From assembly GCF_018378075.1 (NCBI RefSeq), contig NZ_JAGZYE010000001.1, forward strand, positions 246,997-310,996: a stretch of 64,000 nt of DNA, given 5' to 3'. The notes beneath the pieces were generated by a model that was not told the DNA's origin, ran no database searches, and saw only the letters and a list, made by a program, of their open reading frames with translations. Made by a program: the position numbers and the translations under genes. Of the stretch, positions 30,735 to 41,332 are shown one piece after another; position 1 is the stretch's first letter, and the number at the start of each line of letters is the position of its first letter. The DNA is from Veillonella parvula. Lineage in GTDB: Bacteria > Bacillota > Negativicutes > Veillonellales > Veillonellaceae.

Positions 30735-32446
30735 CCACTAAATTATATGCACCTACATTGCGTGAGGTTCCATCTGACGCTGATGTAGTAAGCCAACAGC
30801 TTATGCTTCGCGCTGGTTTTATGCGTAAAACTGCAAATGGTTTATATAGTTTTTTACCATTAGGTTGGAGAAGTATTAAAAAGATTGAAGCTATTGTACG
30901 TGAAGAAATGGATCGTGCTAGTGCTCAAGAAATTATGATGCCAATTTTACAGCCTGCAGAAATTTGGAAAGAGTCTGGCCGTTGGAACGCATATGGCGCA
31001 GAAATGATGCGTATCAATGATCGTCATGATAATGAGTTTTGTCTAGGACCAACACATGAAGAGATGATTACAACCCTCGTTAAAAATGAGATTAACTCAT
31101 ATCGTCAATTACCAGTCAACTTATATCAAATTCAAAGTAAATTCCGTGATGAGCGTCGTCCACGTTATGGCTTGATGCGTAGCCGTGAATTCATTATGAA
31201 AGATGCTTATTCTTTTGATGTAGATGAAGCGGGTTTAGATGAATCCTATAAATCTATGTACGATGCATATACACGTATTTTTACACGTTGTGGTCTTACA
31301 TTCCGCCCAGTAGAGGCTGATAGTGGTGCAATCGGTGGTAGTGGTACGCATGAGTTCATGGCCATTGCCGAAGCTGGTGAAGCTGATATCGTATATTGTA
31401 CTAAGTGTGATTATGCAGCTAACATTGAAATCGGCAAGCCTGGTATCATGAAGCAAGACGAAGAAGTTCTTCATGAGTTATCTGTTGTGGATACACCAAA
31501 TGCAAGTTCTATTGAAGCTGTGGCAGACATGTTAAATTTACCATTACATAAAACTATCAAAGCGGTAGTATTTTCTATTGATGGTAAAGTGGTATTAGCC
31601 ATTGTTCGTGGTGACCATGAAGTAAATGAAGTCGCTGTACAACATGCCGTTCTTGGTGCTGTAGAGCCTGAGATGGCCACCCCTGAAGAATTGGAAAAAG
31701 TAGGTTTAATAGCTGGTTTCATCAGTCCTATTGGTTTAAAACAAACAGAAGAATTTGCTATTGTTGTTGATGAATCTGTTATGGAAACTTACAATGTTTG
31801 TGGTGGCGCTAATAAAAAAGATGCTCACTACGTTAATATCAATCCAAAACGGGACTTTAATGTAGAAGATATTATTGTTGCTCCAATTCGTTTAATCACG
31901 AAGGACGATGTGTGTCCTAAATGTGGGGGTGCTTTAGAACATGCTAAAGGCATCGAAGTGGGTCAAGTATTTAAATTGGGTACAAAGTATTCTGAAGCAT
32001 TACAAGCTACATTCTTAGATCAAAATGGTCGTCCTAATCCAATGATTATGGGTTGCTATGGTATCGGTGTATCTCGTACACTAGCTGCTGCTATTGAGCA
32101 ATATCACGATGAAAATGGTATTATTTGGCCACGTTCTATCGCTCCATTTGAAGCAGTTATTGTTCCAATTAATGCAAAAGACGAAGCATTAATGTCTACT
32201 AGTCAAACTATTTATACTGCATTACAAAATGCTGGTGTAGATGTATTGTTAGATGATCGTAAAGATCGTGCAGGTGTTAAGTTCAAAGATGCTGATTTGA
32301 TTGGTTATCCACTTCGCATTACAGTAAGTAAAAATACTCTTGAGAATAACGAAGTAGAAATTCAAATCCGTAAGTCTGGAGAAGCTCTTCCATGTGCTAT
32401 TGATTCTGTATCTGATAAAGTAACAGAATTGCTTCAAAACTTATAA
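30728..32446 (+). CDS. proS: Proline--tRNA ligase (bacterial type with editing domain)
   Basis: 572 aa; class II motifs, INS editing domain, C-terminal anticodon-binding domain; overlaps ispG by 7 nt. Confidence 0.95.
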   Translation: MLATKLYAPTLREVPSDADVVSQQLMLRAGFMRKTANGLYSFLPLGWRSIKKIEAIVREEMDRASAQEIMMPILQPAEIWKESGRWNAYGAEMMRINDRHDNEFCLGPTHEEMITTLVKNEINSYRQLPVNLYQIQSKFRDERRPRYGLMRSREFIMKDAYSFDVDEAGLDESYKSMYDAYTRIFTRCGLTFRPVEADSGAIGGSGTHEFMAIAEAGEADIVYCTKCDYAANIEIGKPGIMKQDEEVLHELSVVDTPNASSIEAVADMLNLPLHKTIKAVVFSIDGKVVLAIVRGDHEVNEVAVQHAVLGAVEPEMATPEELEKVGLIAGFISPIGLKQTEEFAIVVDESVMETYNVCGGANKKDAHYVNINPKRDFNVEDIIVAPIRLITKDDVCPKCGGALEHAKGIEVGQVFKLGTKYSEALQATFLDQNGRPNPMIMGCYGIGVSRTLAAAIEQYHDENGIIWPRSIAPFEAVIVPINAKDEALMSTSQTIYTALQNAGVDVLLDDRKDRAGVKFKDADLIGYPLRITVSKNTLENNEVEIQIRKSGEALPCAIDSVSDKVTELLQNL

Positions 32447-32450
32447 TAGA

Positions 32451-32490
32451 ATTGCGATTCTAGTGAATGTTCATTAGGGTCGCAATTTTT
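32451..32490 (+). terminator. Rho-independent terminator after proS
   Basis: ATTGCGA...TCGCAAT stem with inner TGAA/TTCA pairing, followed by TTTTTC. Confidence 0.7.
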
Positions 32491-32562
32491 CTTTCTAAAC
32501 TTGAATTAATAGATTAAATAAGTCATAATTAAATGATAGAATATTTGGAATGGAGGTGCTAT

Positions 32563-33390
32563 ATGCTTGTAGATTTTCATATGCATTCCATCTTTTCAGA
32601 TGGTGTTGAAACACCTAAAGATCTATTGCAACATGCCATAGACTGTAATGTATCTATGATGGCTTTAACCGATCATGATGAAATAGACGGCATTCAAGCA
32701 TTGCGTGCTGCTCAAAAGAAGTTAGATCCTAATGAATCTATTAAAATCGTAAATGGCTGTGAATTTAGTGCTGATTATAAAGATAAGTCAATTCATATTT
32801 TAGGATATTGTTTTGATGAAAATAATAAAGATTTAATCGATTTTATTACGTTTTTTAAAGGAAAACGTGAAGAACGTATCGATGAAATTATCCGTCGTTG
32901 TAATAATGAAGGATATTATATTACAAAAGAAGAGCTCATTAAACAATTTCCTGATACTAAAGCTTATGGTCGCCCACATATTGGTAAACTTTTAATTGAT
33001 GGTGGTTATGCCAAGGATATTAATGATGTATTTAAAGGTATTCTTCGAAAAGATAGTCCTTGCTATGTTCCTAAGGTAAAAGTAGAGGTTCCTTATATTA
33101 TTGATATTATACATAAAGCTGGAGGACTTGCTGTTATGGCTCATCCTAAATTGGTTACCAGTGATGAATATGTGTTGGAAATGTTAAATTATGATTTTGA
33201 TGGTATGGAGGTATATCACTCAAAGCATAATGATGATGATGTGGAGCGATATAAAGAATTCGCTAAAAAGCATAAGCTATTTATTACTGGTGGTTCTGAT
33301 TACCATGGTATTGTAGGCAAGAAACCTGATAGATTTGGTGATTACTTAGTATCTGGTAAGGATGTATCAGAATTTATTAGTTTGTTATAA
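32563..33390 (+). CDS. PHP-domain metal-dependent phosphoesterase (TrpH/YciV-like)
   Basis: MLVDFHMHSIFSDG...ALTDHD PHP motifs; GGAGGTG RBS 4 nt upstream of ATG 32563 (the track ORF starts 30 nt earlier). Confidence 0.8.
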   Translation: MLVDFHMHSIFSDGVETPKDLLQHAIDCNVSMMALTDHDEIDGIQALRAAQKKLDPNESIKIVNGCEFSADYKDKSIHILGYCFDENNKDLIDFITFFKGKREERIDEIIRRCNNEGYYITKEELIKQFPDTKAYGRPHIGKLLIDGGYAKDINDVFKGILRKDSPCYVPKVKVEVPYIIDIIHKAGGLAVMAHPKLVTSDEYVLEMLNYDFDGMEVYHSKHNDDDVERYKEFAKKHKLFITGGSDYHGIVGKKPDRFGDYLVSGKDVSEFISLL

Positions 33391-33405
33391 ATGACGAGGT
33401 AGGCT

Positions 33406-34281
33406 ATGGAAGTCGTTGCTTTTGTAGGTAGTAGTGGCACAGGTAAAAGTCATCGTGCCCTCGTAGTTGCTCATGAAAATAAAATTGAATGTATCATCGA
33501 TGATGGTATTTTGATTCATGATAATAAAATTGTAGCTGGCTTTTCTGCAAAAAAAGAGTCTAGTCGTTTAAAAGCTGTTCGTCGTGCTATTTTTCAAGAC
33601 GAAGTACAAGTTAAATCCGTACGAGAACAATTAGATAAGATTAAACCTAATAAGCTTATGATTATCGGCACTTCTGATAATATGGTTAAGAAGATTACTA
33701 AAGCTTTAGGCTTACAAGAACCTGATCGATATATTCGTATAGAAGATGTTGCAACACCTAAGGAAATTGAAAAGGCACAACATGCACGTCTTAAAGAGGG
33801 TAAACATATAATTCCTGTGCCGACTATGGAATTAAAGCCACACTTTAGGGGGTATTTGATTGATCCAATCAAAACCATGTGGCGCCGCAGGACTTTGAAA
33901 AAACAAGATCAAGATACCTTAGGTCAAATTGGTTCTGAAGGATTTGAACGTTCTGTTGTACGGCCTGCTTTTAGCTACTATGGTCGACTCACTTTTGACG
34001 ATGAAGTAATTATTAAATTGATTAGAAATGGGTTAAAAAAAGTAGCTGGTGTCGATGAGACCAGTATAATTTCTTTTAAAAAAAGCGACAAAGGTCAAAA
34101 CGGTCTTGTTGTTGATATGGCTGTAGTTATTGAACATGGATATCCTGTTAAACCGTTGATGCAACAGGTACAAAAATCTGTTCGCAATGAAATTGAATAT
34201 ATTACCGGCATGTCTATTGAACGCATGTCCATTAAAGTTAAGAATATTATTGAAACAAAACGTAAGATTGTTAAAGTGTAG
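33406..34281 (+). CDS. Uncharacterised fusion protein: N-terminal HprK/RapZ-like P-loop domain plus C-terminal Asp23/Gls24 (DUF322) domain
   Basis: VAFVGSSGTGKSHRALVVAHENKIECIIDDGILIH resembles the HprK C-domain GxSGxGKSExAL...DD; the C-terminal GLVVDMAVVIEHGYPVKPLMQQVQKSVRNEIEYITGMSIERMSIKVKNI matches the Asp23 family pattern. Confidence 0.6.
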   Translation: MEVVAFVGSSGTGKSHRALVVAHENKIECIIDDGILIHDNKIVAGFSAKKESSRLKAVRRAIFQDEVQVKSVREQLDKIKPNKLMIIGTSDNMVKKITKALGLQEPDRYIRIEDVATPKEIEKAQHARLKEGKHIIPVPTMELKPHFRGYLIDPIKTMWRRRTLKKQDQDTLGQIGSEGFERSVVRPAFSYYGRLTFDDEVIIKLIRNGLKKVAGVDETSIISFKKSDKGQNGLVVDMAVVIEHGYPVKPLMQQVQKSVRNEIEYITGMSIERMSIKVKNIIETKRKIVKV

Positions 34282-34289
34282 GAGTTAGA

Positions 34290-35603
34290 ATGAAGTCTTA
34301 TTATATTTACACCTATGGTTGTCAAATGAATACCGCCGACTCTGAGCGATTATCGCATCAGCTGGAATCTGTTGGGTATATACCAACAGAGAATGTTGAA
34401 ACTGCAGATTTAATTCTGCTAAATACTTGTGCAGTGCGTGAAAATGCAGAAACTAAAGTTTATGGGCGTATAGGTGAGCTAAAAAGACTAAAACGTAATA
34501 ATAAAAACTTGATTATCGCCGTCACAGGATGTATGGCTCAAAAAAATCAAGCAGAAATGTTTAAACGAGCTCCTCATATTGATATTGTATTGGGTACTCA
34601 TAATATTCAACATATTAACGAGATGATTGAAGAAGTACAACATGGACATACGCATCAAATCAGCGTAGATATGGATAACTCTGTATTGCCTGAATTAGAG
34701 GCAAAACCAAATGGCTCTTTTTATGCATGGGTACCTATTATGAATGGCTGTAATAAATTTTGCACCTATTGTATTGTTCCCCATGTACGTGGTAGAGAGA
34801 TTAGCCGTCCTGTAGAGGCCATTGTTAAAGAGGTTACAGACCTAGGGGTTAAAGGATTTAAAGAGATCACTTTATTGGGGCAAAATGTAAACTCTTATGG
34901 CCTAGATTTTAAAGATGGTACAGATTTTGGTACATTAGTTGATGCTCTTGATGGTATTCCTGGTATAGAACGTATTCGCTATATGACAAGTCATCCTCAA
35001 GATATGAGTAAGTCTATGATTGATGCTCTTGGTAGGTCATCCAATATTGTGACGCATTTACATTTACCTATTCAATCTGGTTCCAATCGTATTTTAAAGA
35101 AAATGAATCGTCATTACACGGTAGAGCATTATAAAGAATTACTTTCTTATTGCCGTGAAAAAATAAAAGATGTGGTGGTGACTACGGATATCATTGTAGG
35201 TTTCCCAGGAGAAACTGAGGAAGATTTTCAAGCTACATTACAATTATTAAAAGATGTGCGCTATGACATGGCGTATACGTTTATCTACTCTAAGCGATCT
35301 GGAACGCCAGCAGCAACTATGGATGATCAAATTCCAGAAGAGATTAAGCGCGTTCGCTTACAAACATTGATGGATGTACAAAATGAAATCTCTTATGAAT
35401 TAAATAAACCTATGGAAGGACAAGTATTTGATATTATTGTAGAGGGACCAAGTCCTCGTGATGAAGACATGTGGTTCGGTCGTACATCTGGTAATAAAAT
35501 GGTTTTATTCCCTAAGGATGACTCCCTATCAATTGGTCAAACTGTACCAGCTCATATCGATAAAGCTCAAACATGGGTTTGTTATGGTAGTATTGTAAAA
35601 TAA
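34290..35603 (+). CDS. miaB: tRNA-2-methylthio-N6-dimethylallyladenosine synthase (radical SAM MTTase with TRAM domain)
   Basis: IYTYGCQMN N-terminal Cys, CNKFCTYC radical-SAM triad, TRAM C-terminus, 437 aa. Confidence 0.88.
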   Translation: MKSYYIYTYGCQMNTADSERLSHQLESVGYIPTENVETADLILLNTCAVRENAETKVYGRIGELKRLKRNNKNLIIAVTGCMAQKNQAEMFKRAPHIDIVLGTHNIQHINEMIEEVQHGHTHQISVDMDNSVLPELEAKPNGSFYAWVPIMNGCNKFCTYCIVPHVRGREISRPVEAIVKEVTDLGVKGFKEITLLGQNVNSYGLDFKDGTDFGTLVDALDGIPGIERIRYMTSHPQDMSKSMIDALGRSSNIVTHLHLPIQSGSNRILKKMNRHYTVEHYKELLSYCREKIKDVVVTTDIIVGFPGETEEDFQATLQLLKDVRYDMAYTFIYSKRSGTPAATMDDQIPEEIKRVRLQTLMDVQNEISYELNKPMEGQVFDIIVEGPSPRDEDMWFGRTSGNKMVLFPKDDSLSIGQTVPAHIDKAQTWVCYGSIVK

Positions 35604-35831
35604 ACTATTAGAATCAAAAAGAACTCGTCACTATTATGTTAACTCTAAGGTTAGAATTTTTATCTAAAATTAGTTTGCTAAACATGTGGTGGCGATGTTC
35701 TTTTTTACCATAGATGCTGATTAGAAATCATATGTGTTATAATAATAAAATAATATAAAAGTTGTATATTGAAGACATTCATAGGTATGAACACCATTTA
35801 CATTTTGTATTTTTACAAAGAAGGTGTAACT

Positions 35832-36632
35832 ATGAAACTTGATTTAAACGCTGTAGGCGAAACGGCATTATTGACACTATATGCAAGAGCGAAAGATTAT
35901 GAGTCAGATCAATCTGTATTAAAGGATCAGAAATCCTGGGATATTTTAAAGCATATTGATTATGATTTTGATCAATTTAAAGATGTTAAGATGTCTTATT
36001 ATGGAATTTTAGGACGAGCAAAAGTAATCGATGAAGAGATACGAAACTTTATATCTCTATATCCAGATTGTATCGTCGTATCATTAGGTGCCGGTTTAGA
36101 TACTATGTTTTATCGAGTCGACAACGGTTATATTGATTGGTATAATATCGATTTTGCCGGAGTGATTGAAGCACGTACACAATTTTTTGAGCCTCATGAA
36201 CGAGTCCATAATTTAGTGAGTTCTATAACTGATGAATTGTGGACTAAAAATATTGAGATAAATGGACGAAAACTACTGCTTGTTAGTGAAGGTGTAGTTA
36301 TGTATCTTACATTGGATGAAATGAAGCAGTTTTTAGGCTTGCTGACTGATTCTTTTGAAGAGTTTACGTTATATCTTGATATGATTTCTCCATATGTGGC
36401 GAAACGCACTAAACAACATGATATGCTTAGTAAAATGAATGTTTCTTTTCAGTGGGGAACTAAGGACGGTCATAAAATTGTAGTTATGAATCCTAAGCTT
36501 AAACAGACTGGATTGATTAATTTTACAGGAAGTATGTTGTCCTTAGCACCTATTGTTTATAAATTATTATACCCGTTTATATATTTGTTTAATAATCGTA
36601 TGGGAATATACGAATATAAGCGGAATCTGTGA
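35832..36632 (+). CDS. Class I SAM-dependent O-methyltransferase, TcmP/LCM family
   Basis: ETALLTLYARA...VVSLGAGLDTMFYRV...LLVSEGVVMYL matches the leucine carboxyl methyltransferase / tetracenomycin TcmP family; start ATG 35832 after GAAGGTG. Confidence 0.65.
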   Translation: MKLDLNAVGETALLTLYARAKDYESDQSVLKDQKSWDILKHIDYDFDQFKDVKMSYYGILGRAKVIDEEIRNFISLYPDCIVVSLGAGLDTMFYRVDNGYIDWYNIDFAGVIEARTQFFEPHERVHNLVSSITDELWTKNIEINGRKLLLVSEGVVMYLTLDEMKQFLGLLTDSFEEFTLYLDMISPYVAKRTKQHDMLSKMNVSFQWGTKDGHKIVVMNPKLKQTGLINFTGSMLSLAPIVYKLLYPFIYLFNNRMGIYEYKRNL

Positions 36633-36658
36633 TATGACTCATAATATATGAGGTGAAT

Positions 36659-39292
36659 ATGAGTAAAAAGCAAACACCTATGATGGAGCAGTATTTAGAT
36701 ATTAAATCTAGATACTCTGAAGAATTATTGTTCTTTCGATTAGGTGATTTTTATGAATTATTTAATGAGGATGCTTTAGTCGCATCACGTGAACTTAATA
36801 TTACCTTAACAGGTCGTCCTACAGGAGATGAGGAACGCACACCGATGTGTGGCGTTCCTTTTCATGCGGCTGAAAGCTACATAGAAACGCTTGTAAAAAA
36901 AGGATATAAAGTTGCTATCTGTGAACAACTAGAAGATCCTAAAGCAGTTAAAGGCATTGTTAAGCGCGATGTCATTAAAGTTGTTACTCCTGGTACAGTG
37001 ATGACAGAAAATGGTAACGATGCACGGTCAAATAACTTTTTATCATTATTTTATATGGTAAAAGATACGTGGATTCTTGTGTTTTCTGATGTATCTACAG
37101 GGGAAGTTATTTGGCACCGCATTACTGATTGTGAAAAACGCAGTGATATGTACGATGCACTCAGCATGTATAGACCAAGTGAAATCATATTGCCTGAAGG
37201 AACGATATTACCGCAAGATATTCAGGATTTTATTGAAAATCAATTTAGTAATGTCGTATTTTCTCCTTTTTCTACATACTATACACAACGTGAAGTAGCT
37301 GAAAAAGCTGTAACTCATTTCGGTGATTTAGGCCTTATGGAAGAGGATGTATGGGAAGCATTAGGTTATATGCTTTTGTACTTAGAGGATATCATTAAAT
37401 CTGAAATTTCTCATATCAACTATGTACATCAATTAAGTGTAGGTAATCGCCTTATTCTTGATACATCTTCTTTGCGGCACCTTGAAATTACTCATAATTT
37501 ACGCGATGGTGGACAAAAAGGTACTTTACTGGATGTACTAGATCGTACGTTGACACCAATGGGGGCACGCCTTTTAAAACAATGGCTTGAAAGTCCATTA
37601 ACTGATATAAATCAAATACAACGTCGTCAAGCAGCCGTTTCAGAACTTATTACACGCGGTGCTGAACGTTCTCATATTCGTAACTTTTTAGATTGTATTT
37701 ACGATTTTGAACGCATCGTTGGTCGTGTTGAAACCGGATCTGTGTCTCCCAGAGATTTAACGGCTCTTCGTGAGTCATTAGCAGTTCTACCTGATATTAA
37801 GAATGTATTAGGTACATGTTCAAGTCTAGCTTTAACATCTATTAATGAGCGCATGCAAGATCATAAAGATATTTATGACTTATTATGTCGAGCTATTGCA
37901 GAGCAACCAGCGTTGACATTAAAAGACGGTCGTGTTATTAAAGATGGATTTAATGCTGATTTAGATGAGCTACGTTCTTTAGCGACTAATAGCGAGCAAT
38001 GGCTTGCTAAGATGGAAGCGGATATTAAAGAAGCTACAGGGCTTTCAAAAATTAAGACTGGTTATAATAAAGTGTTTGGCTACTATTTCGAGGTATCCCA
38101 TAGTAAATCAGAACAAGTACCAGACTATTTCATACGAAAACAAACCCTGGCCAATGCTGAACGCTATATTACGCCTGAGTTAAAAGAATTTGAAATTAAA
38201 ATTCTCAGTGCGAAAGATAAAATCATCGCGTTGGAACACGAACTATATCAACAATTACGCAATGACATTAAACTCGTTATCAAAGATGTGCAAGAAACGG
38301 CACGTGCTCTTGCAGACCTTGATGTATTGTGCTCTCTTGCTTTGGTTGCTTATGAAGAAAATTATATTTGTCCAACTATTGTAATGAATGGTCAAATCAA
38401 TATTCGTGATGGTCGTCATCCAGTTATTGAAAAGTTTTTAAAACGTGAGGTATTTGTACCAAATGATATCGTTCTAAATCATGATGATGAAGAATTTTTA
38501 CTCATTACAGGCCCTAATATGGCAGGTAAATCTACTTACATGCGTCAAGTGGCTATCTTAATGATTATGGCACAGATTGGTTCCTTTATCCCTGCTCGTG
38601 AAGCGTCTATCTCACCTGTGGATCGTATTTTTACACGTGTCGGTGCTAGCGACGATATTTCTACTGGTCAAAGCACGTTCATGGTAGAAATGAAAGAGGT
38701 AGCGTATATTTTAGAAAATGCTACCCATAATAGTTTAATTATTCTCGATGAAATTGGTCGGGGTACGAGTACCTTTGATGGTTTGAGTATCGCACAAGCC
38801 GTAGTGGAACATATTTGTAAGCACATTCATAGCAAGACTTTATTTGCAACGCACTACCATGAATTGATTTGCTTAGAAGAAAGCTATAGTAAATTAAAAA
38901 ATTATACCGTTGCAGTTAAAGAAAAAGGGAAAGATGTTGCTTTCTTGCGTCGTATCATTAAAGGTGGTGCAGATCGCAGTTATGGTATCCATGTTGCCAG
39001 ACTGGCGGGCCTACCTAACTCTGTATTAAAACGAGCTGAAGTGATTTTAGAATCCTTGGAAGATCAAAGTCATGATGCAAGTGACTTAAATAATCGAGTT
39101 ATGGGTGCTCAACTTACTAATGTGGCAAAACCAGCGGTTAAGCAAGTTAGTGATTCTCCACTAGGCAATTTATTTACCCATTCCGTAGTAGATAGCTTAC
39201 TGGAAGTCGATGTAATGAGTATGACTCCAATTGAAGCATTAAATAAATTATATGAACTACAAGAGGAAGCTCGTAAAGGAGGCGGGAAATAA
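36659..39292 (+). CDS. mutS: DNA mismatch repair protein MutS
   Basis: 877 aa; TPMMEQY...GDFYELF mismatch-binding N-terminus, Walker A GPNMAGKST, DEIGRGTST. Confidence 0.96.
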   Translation: MSKKQTPMMEQYLDIKSRYSEELLFFRLGDFYELFNEDALVASRELNITLTGRPTGDEERTPMCGVPFHAAESYIETLVKKGYKVAICEQLEDPKAVKGIVKRDVIKVVTPGTVMTENGNDARSNNFLSLFYMVKDTWILVFSDVSTGEVIWHRITDCEKRSDMYDALSMYRPSEIILPEGTILPQDIQDFIENQFSNVVFSPFSTYYTQREVAEKAVTHFGDLGLMEEDVWEALGYMLLYLEDIIKSEISHINYVHQLSVGNRLILDTSSLRHLEITHNLRDGGQKGTLLDVLDRTLTPMGARLLKQWLESPLTDINQIQRRQAAVSELITRGAERSHIRNFLDCIYDFERIVGRVETGSVSPRDLTALRESLAVLPDIKNVLGTCSSLALTSINERMQDHKDIYDLLCRAIAEQPALTLKDGRVIKDGFNADLDELRSLATNSEQWLAKMEADIKEATGLSKIKTGYNKVFGYYFEVSHSKSEQVPDYFIRKQTLANAERYITPELKEFEIKILSAKDKIIALEHELYQQLRNDIKLVIKDVQETARALADLDVLCSLALVAYEENYICPTIVMNGQINIRDGRHPVIEKFLKREVFVPNDIVLNHDDEEFLLITGPNMAGKSTYMRQVAILMIMAQIGSFIPAREASISPVDRIFTRVGASDDISTGQSTFMVEMKEVAYILENATHNSLIILDEIGRGTSTFDGLSIAQAVVEHICKHIHSKTLFATHYHELICLEESYSKLKNYTVAVKEKGKDVAFLRRIIKGGADRSYGIHVARLAGLPNSVLKRAEVILESLEDQSHDASDLNNRVMGAQLTNVAKPAVKQVSDSPLGNLFTHSVVDSLLEVDVMSMTPIEALNKLYELQEEARKGGGK

Positions 39293-41331
39293 TGGCAACC
39301 ATTCACGTATTGGATGAAACGACAATCAATAAGATAGCTGCCGGTGAAGTCGTTGAACGTCCCGCATCAGTTATTAAAGAGCTCATTGAAAACTCTATTG
39401 ATGCGTCTGCCACTAATATTGAGGTTGAAATTGGTGAAGGCGGTGTGGCCTATATGCGGATTACTGATAATGGTATCGGTATGACGGAGGAAGATGCTCG
39501 CTTGGCGATTCTACGTCATGCAACCTCTAAAATTCAACAAGTAGAGGACCTCTTTGATATTGCGTCCCTAGGCTTCCGTGGGGAGGCCTTGGCTAGTATT
39601 GCCTCTGTATCTCATTTCTCTTTGACTACTCGTAAAGCAGACTCTGATTTGGGGACTCGTATTACTGTTGATGGCGGCACCTTTACCGATTGCATTCCTT
39701 ATGGTGCGGCACCTGGTACAACTATCGAAATTAAAGATTTATTTTATAATACACCGGCTCGTCGTAAATTCTTAAAAACGGAGCGTACAGAAGCCTCTAA
39801 AATTCAAGATATTGTAGGGAAATTAGCTCTAAGTAATCCACATATTTCTTTTAAGCTTATCATCGATGATCGGGTAGCTATTATCACACCAGGAAATGGC
39901 GATATTAGTGATACTGTAGCTGCGCTATATGGATATAAAACCAAAGAAGATATTTTTACTGTTGCCTATGAAAGTGATTCTATCTATATCGATGGCGTAG
40001 TGAGTAAGCCCACACTTCTTAAAAGTACAAGGATATGGCAGACCATTATCGTCAATAATCGCGTGATTTCTGATAAAACCATAATGAAGGCTATCGATAA
40101 TGCATACCATGCACTATTGCCGAAAAATGGTCATCCTTTAGTGGTACTAAATATTACTGTGCCTGCGAGAATGGTTGATATAAACGTACATCCTCGCAAG
40201 AGTGAAGTTAAATTCTCAGATGATAAGATTATATTTAAAGCCGTATATCACGGTATCTTAAATGCTTTAAATAATCCACTCCATGAGAGATACGAACGAG
40301 AGTCATCATCTTATATGACGGGTACAGTTGCTAACATATCCGATAAATATGGTAATGATATTGCTAGTAATAGTGATATTAAGAATTTTAGTTCTAATAG
40401 TACATTCTTAGCTGGTAATACTACTTATGATTCTTATCAAGCACCTACTGTTGTACACGATTCGATGCAGTCAGCTGAACATATAGCAACAGCTATAGAT
40501 TATGATAAGGTTTTTGGTGGACGCCGTACAAAAGGCTATGAAGTCATGCGCGGTGAAACTTCGCAGTTTGTGGAAAATCTTAAAACAAAGGGGTATACAC
40601 CACCTGCACCTAAGGCTACTTATGAACAATCCTCTTTTGTAGATGAAAGTTTTGAAGCTGTTCCTACTGCATACACTAGTTATACTTCGGAAGATGTAGA
40701 GAAGTTTAAATCCTTGTCTCACGATATTCGTAACGAAGAGATAGAAGAACGTACAATTCAAAACTCGGGCTTTTTACCAATGGGTCAAGTTGCATCTTGT
40801 TATATATTAGCTAAAAAAGGTGATGATCTATATATCATAGATCAACATGCTGCACATGAGCGTGTGCGTTATGATAAGTTGTGTAAGTCTTCTGAATCGA
40901 TTCCTATGCAATCTATTTTGGTTCCTCAGTATAGTGAGGCCACAAATGATGAAATGAATTTAGTAGAGGAAGAACGAGAAACATTACTTGATCTTGGCTT
41001 TGATGTAGAGTTAGGTGGTCCTACTAAGATAAAATTAGTAGGGGCTCCAGTAGATTTAGTAGAGTCAAAAGCATTTGAAATTCTGCAATATATATTCTCT
41101 TACTTACATGATCATCAACAGCCTACTAAGGCCCAATTACGACATGAAATGTTAGCTTATGCATCTTGTAGAGGGGCCATCAAGGCAGGTCATAATTTAA
41201 ATATGTATCAAATGACTACCTTAATTGAGGACTTATTTAGTACCGAAAAACCATATGTATGTCCTCATGGTCGTCCTACGATTATCAAATTTACACCTGA
41301 TGAATTAGGTAAATTATTCTTACGGTCTTAA
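39292..41331 (+). CDS. mutL: DNA mismatch repair protein MutL
   Basis: GHKL ATPase N-terminus (IAAGEVVERP...ELIENSIDA), C-terminal endonuclease/dimerisation domain; start overlaps the mutS stop. Confidence 0.95.
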   Translation: MATIHVLDETTINKIAAGEVVERPASVIKELIENSIDASATNIEVEIGEGGVAYMRITDNGIGMTEEDARLAILRHATSKIQQVEDLFDIASLGFRGEALASIASVSHFSLTTRKADSDLGTRITVDGGTFTDCIPYGAAPGTTIEIKDLFYNTPARRKFLKTERTEASKIQDIVGKLALSNPHISFKLIIDDRVAIITPGNGDISDTVAALYGYKTKEDIFTVAYESDSIYIDGVVSKPTLLKSTRIWQTIIVNNRVISDKTIMKAIDNAYHALLPKNGHPLVVLNITVPARMVDINVHPRKSEVKFSDDKIIFKAVYHGILNALNNPLHERYERESSSYMTGTVANISDKYGNDIASNSDIKNFSSNSTFLAGNTTYDSYQAPTVVHDSMQSAEHIATAIDYDKVFGGRRTKGYEVMRGETSQFVENLKTKGYTPPAPKATYEQSSFVDESFEAVPTAYTSYTSEDVEKFKSLSHDIRNEEIEERTIQNSGFLPMGQVASCYILAKKGDDLYIIDQHAAHERVRYDKLCKSSESIPMQSILVPQYSEATNDEMNLVEEERETLLDLGFDVELGGPTKIKLVGAPVDLVESKAFEILQYIFSYLHDHQQPTKAQLRHEMLAYASCRGAIKAGHNLNMYQMTTLIEDLFSTEKPYVCPHGRPTIIKFTPDELGKLFLRS

Positions 41332-41332
41332 T

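Noticed and set aside
30700-30760. T-box leader upstream of proS
   Set aside because: ispG and proS overlap by 7 nt, leaving no room for a leader.
32533-32562. Longer N-terminal extension (MIEYLEWRCY) of the PHP protein
   Set aside because: PHP domains begin at the M-x-D-x-H-x-H motif and a GGAGGTG RBS is positioned for ATG 32563; the upstream ATG lacks an RBS.
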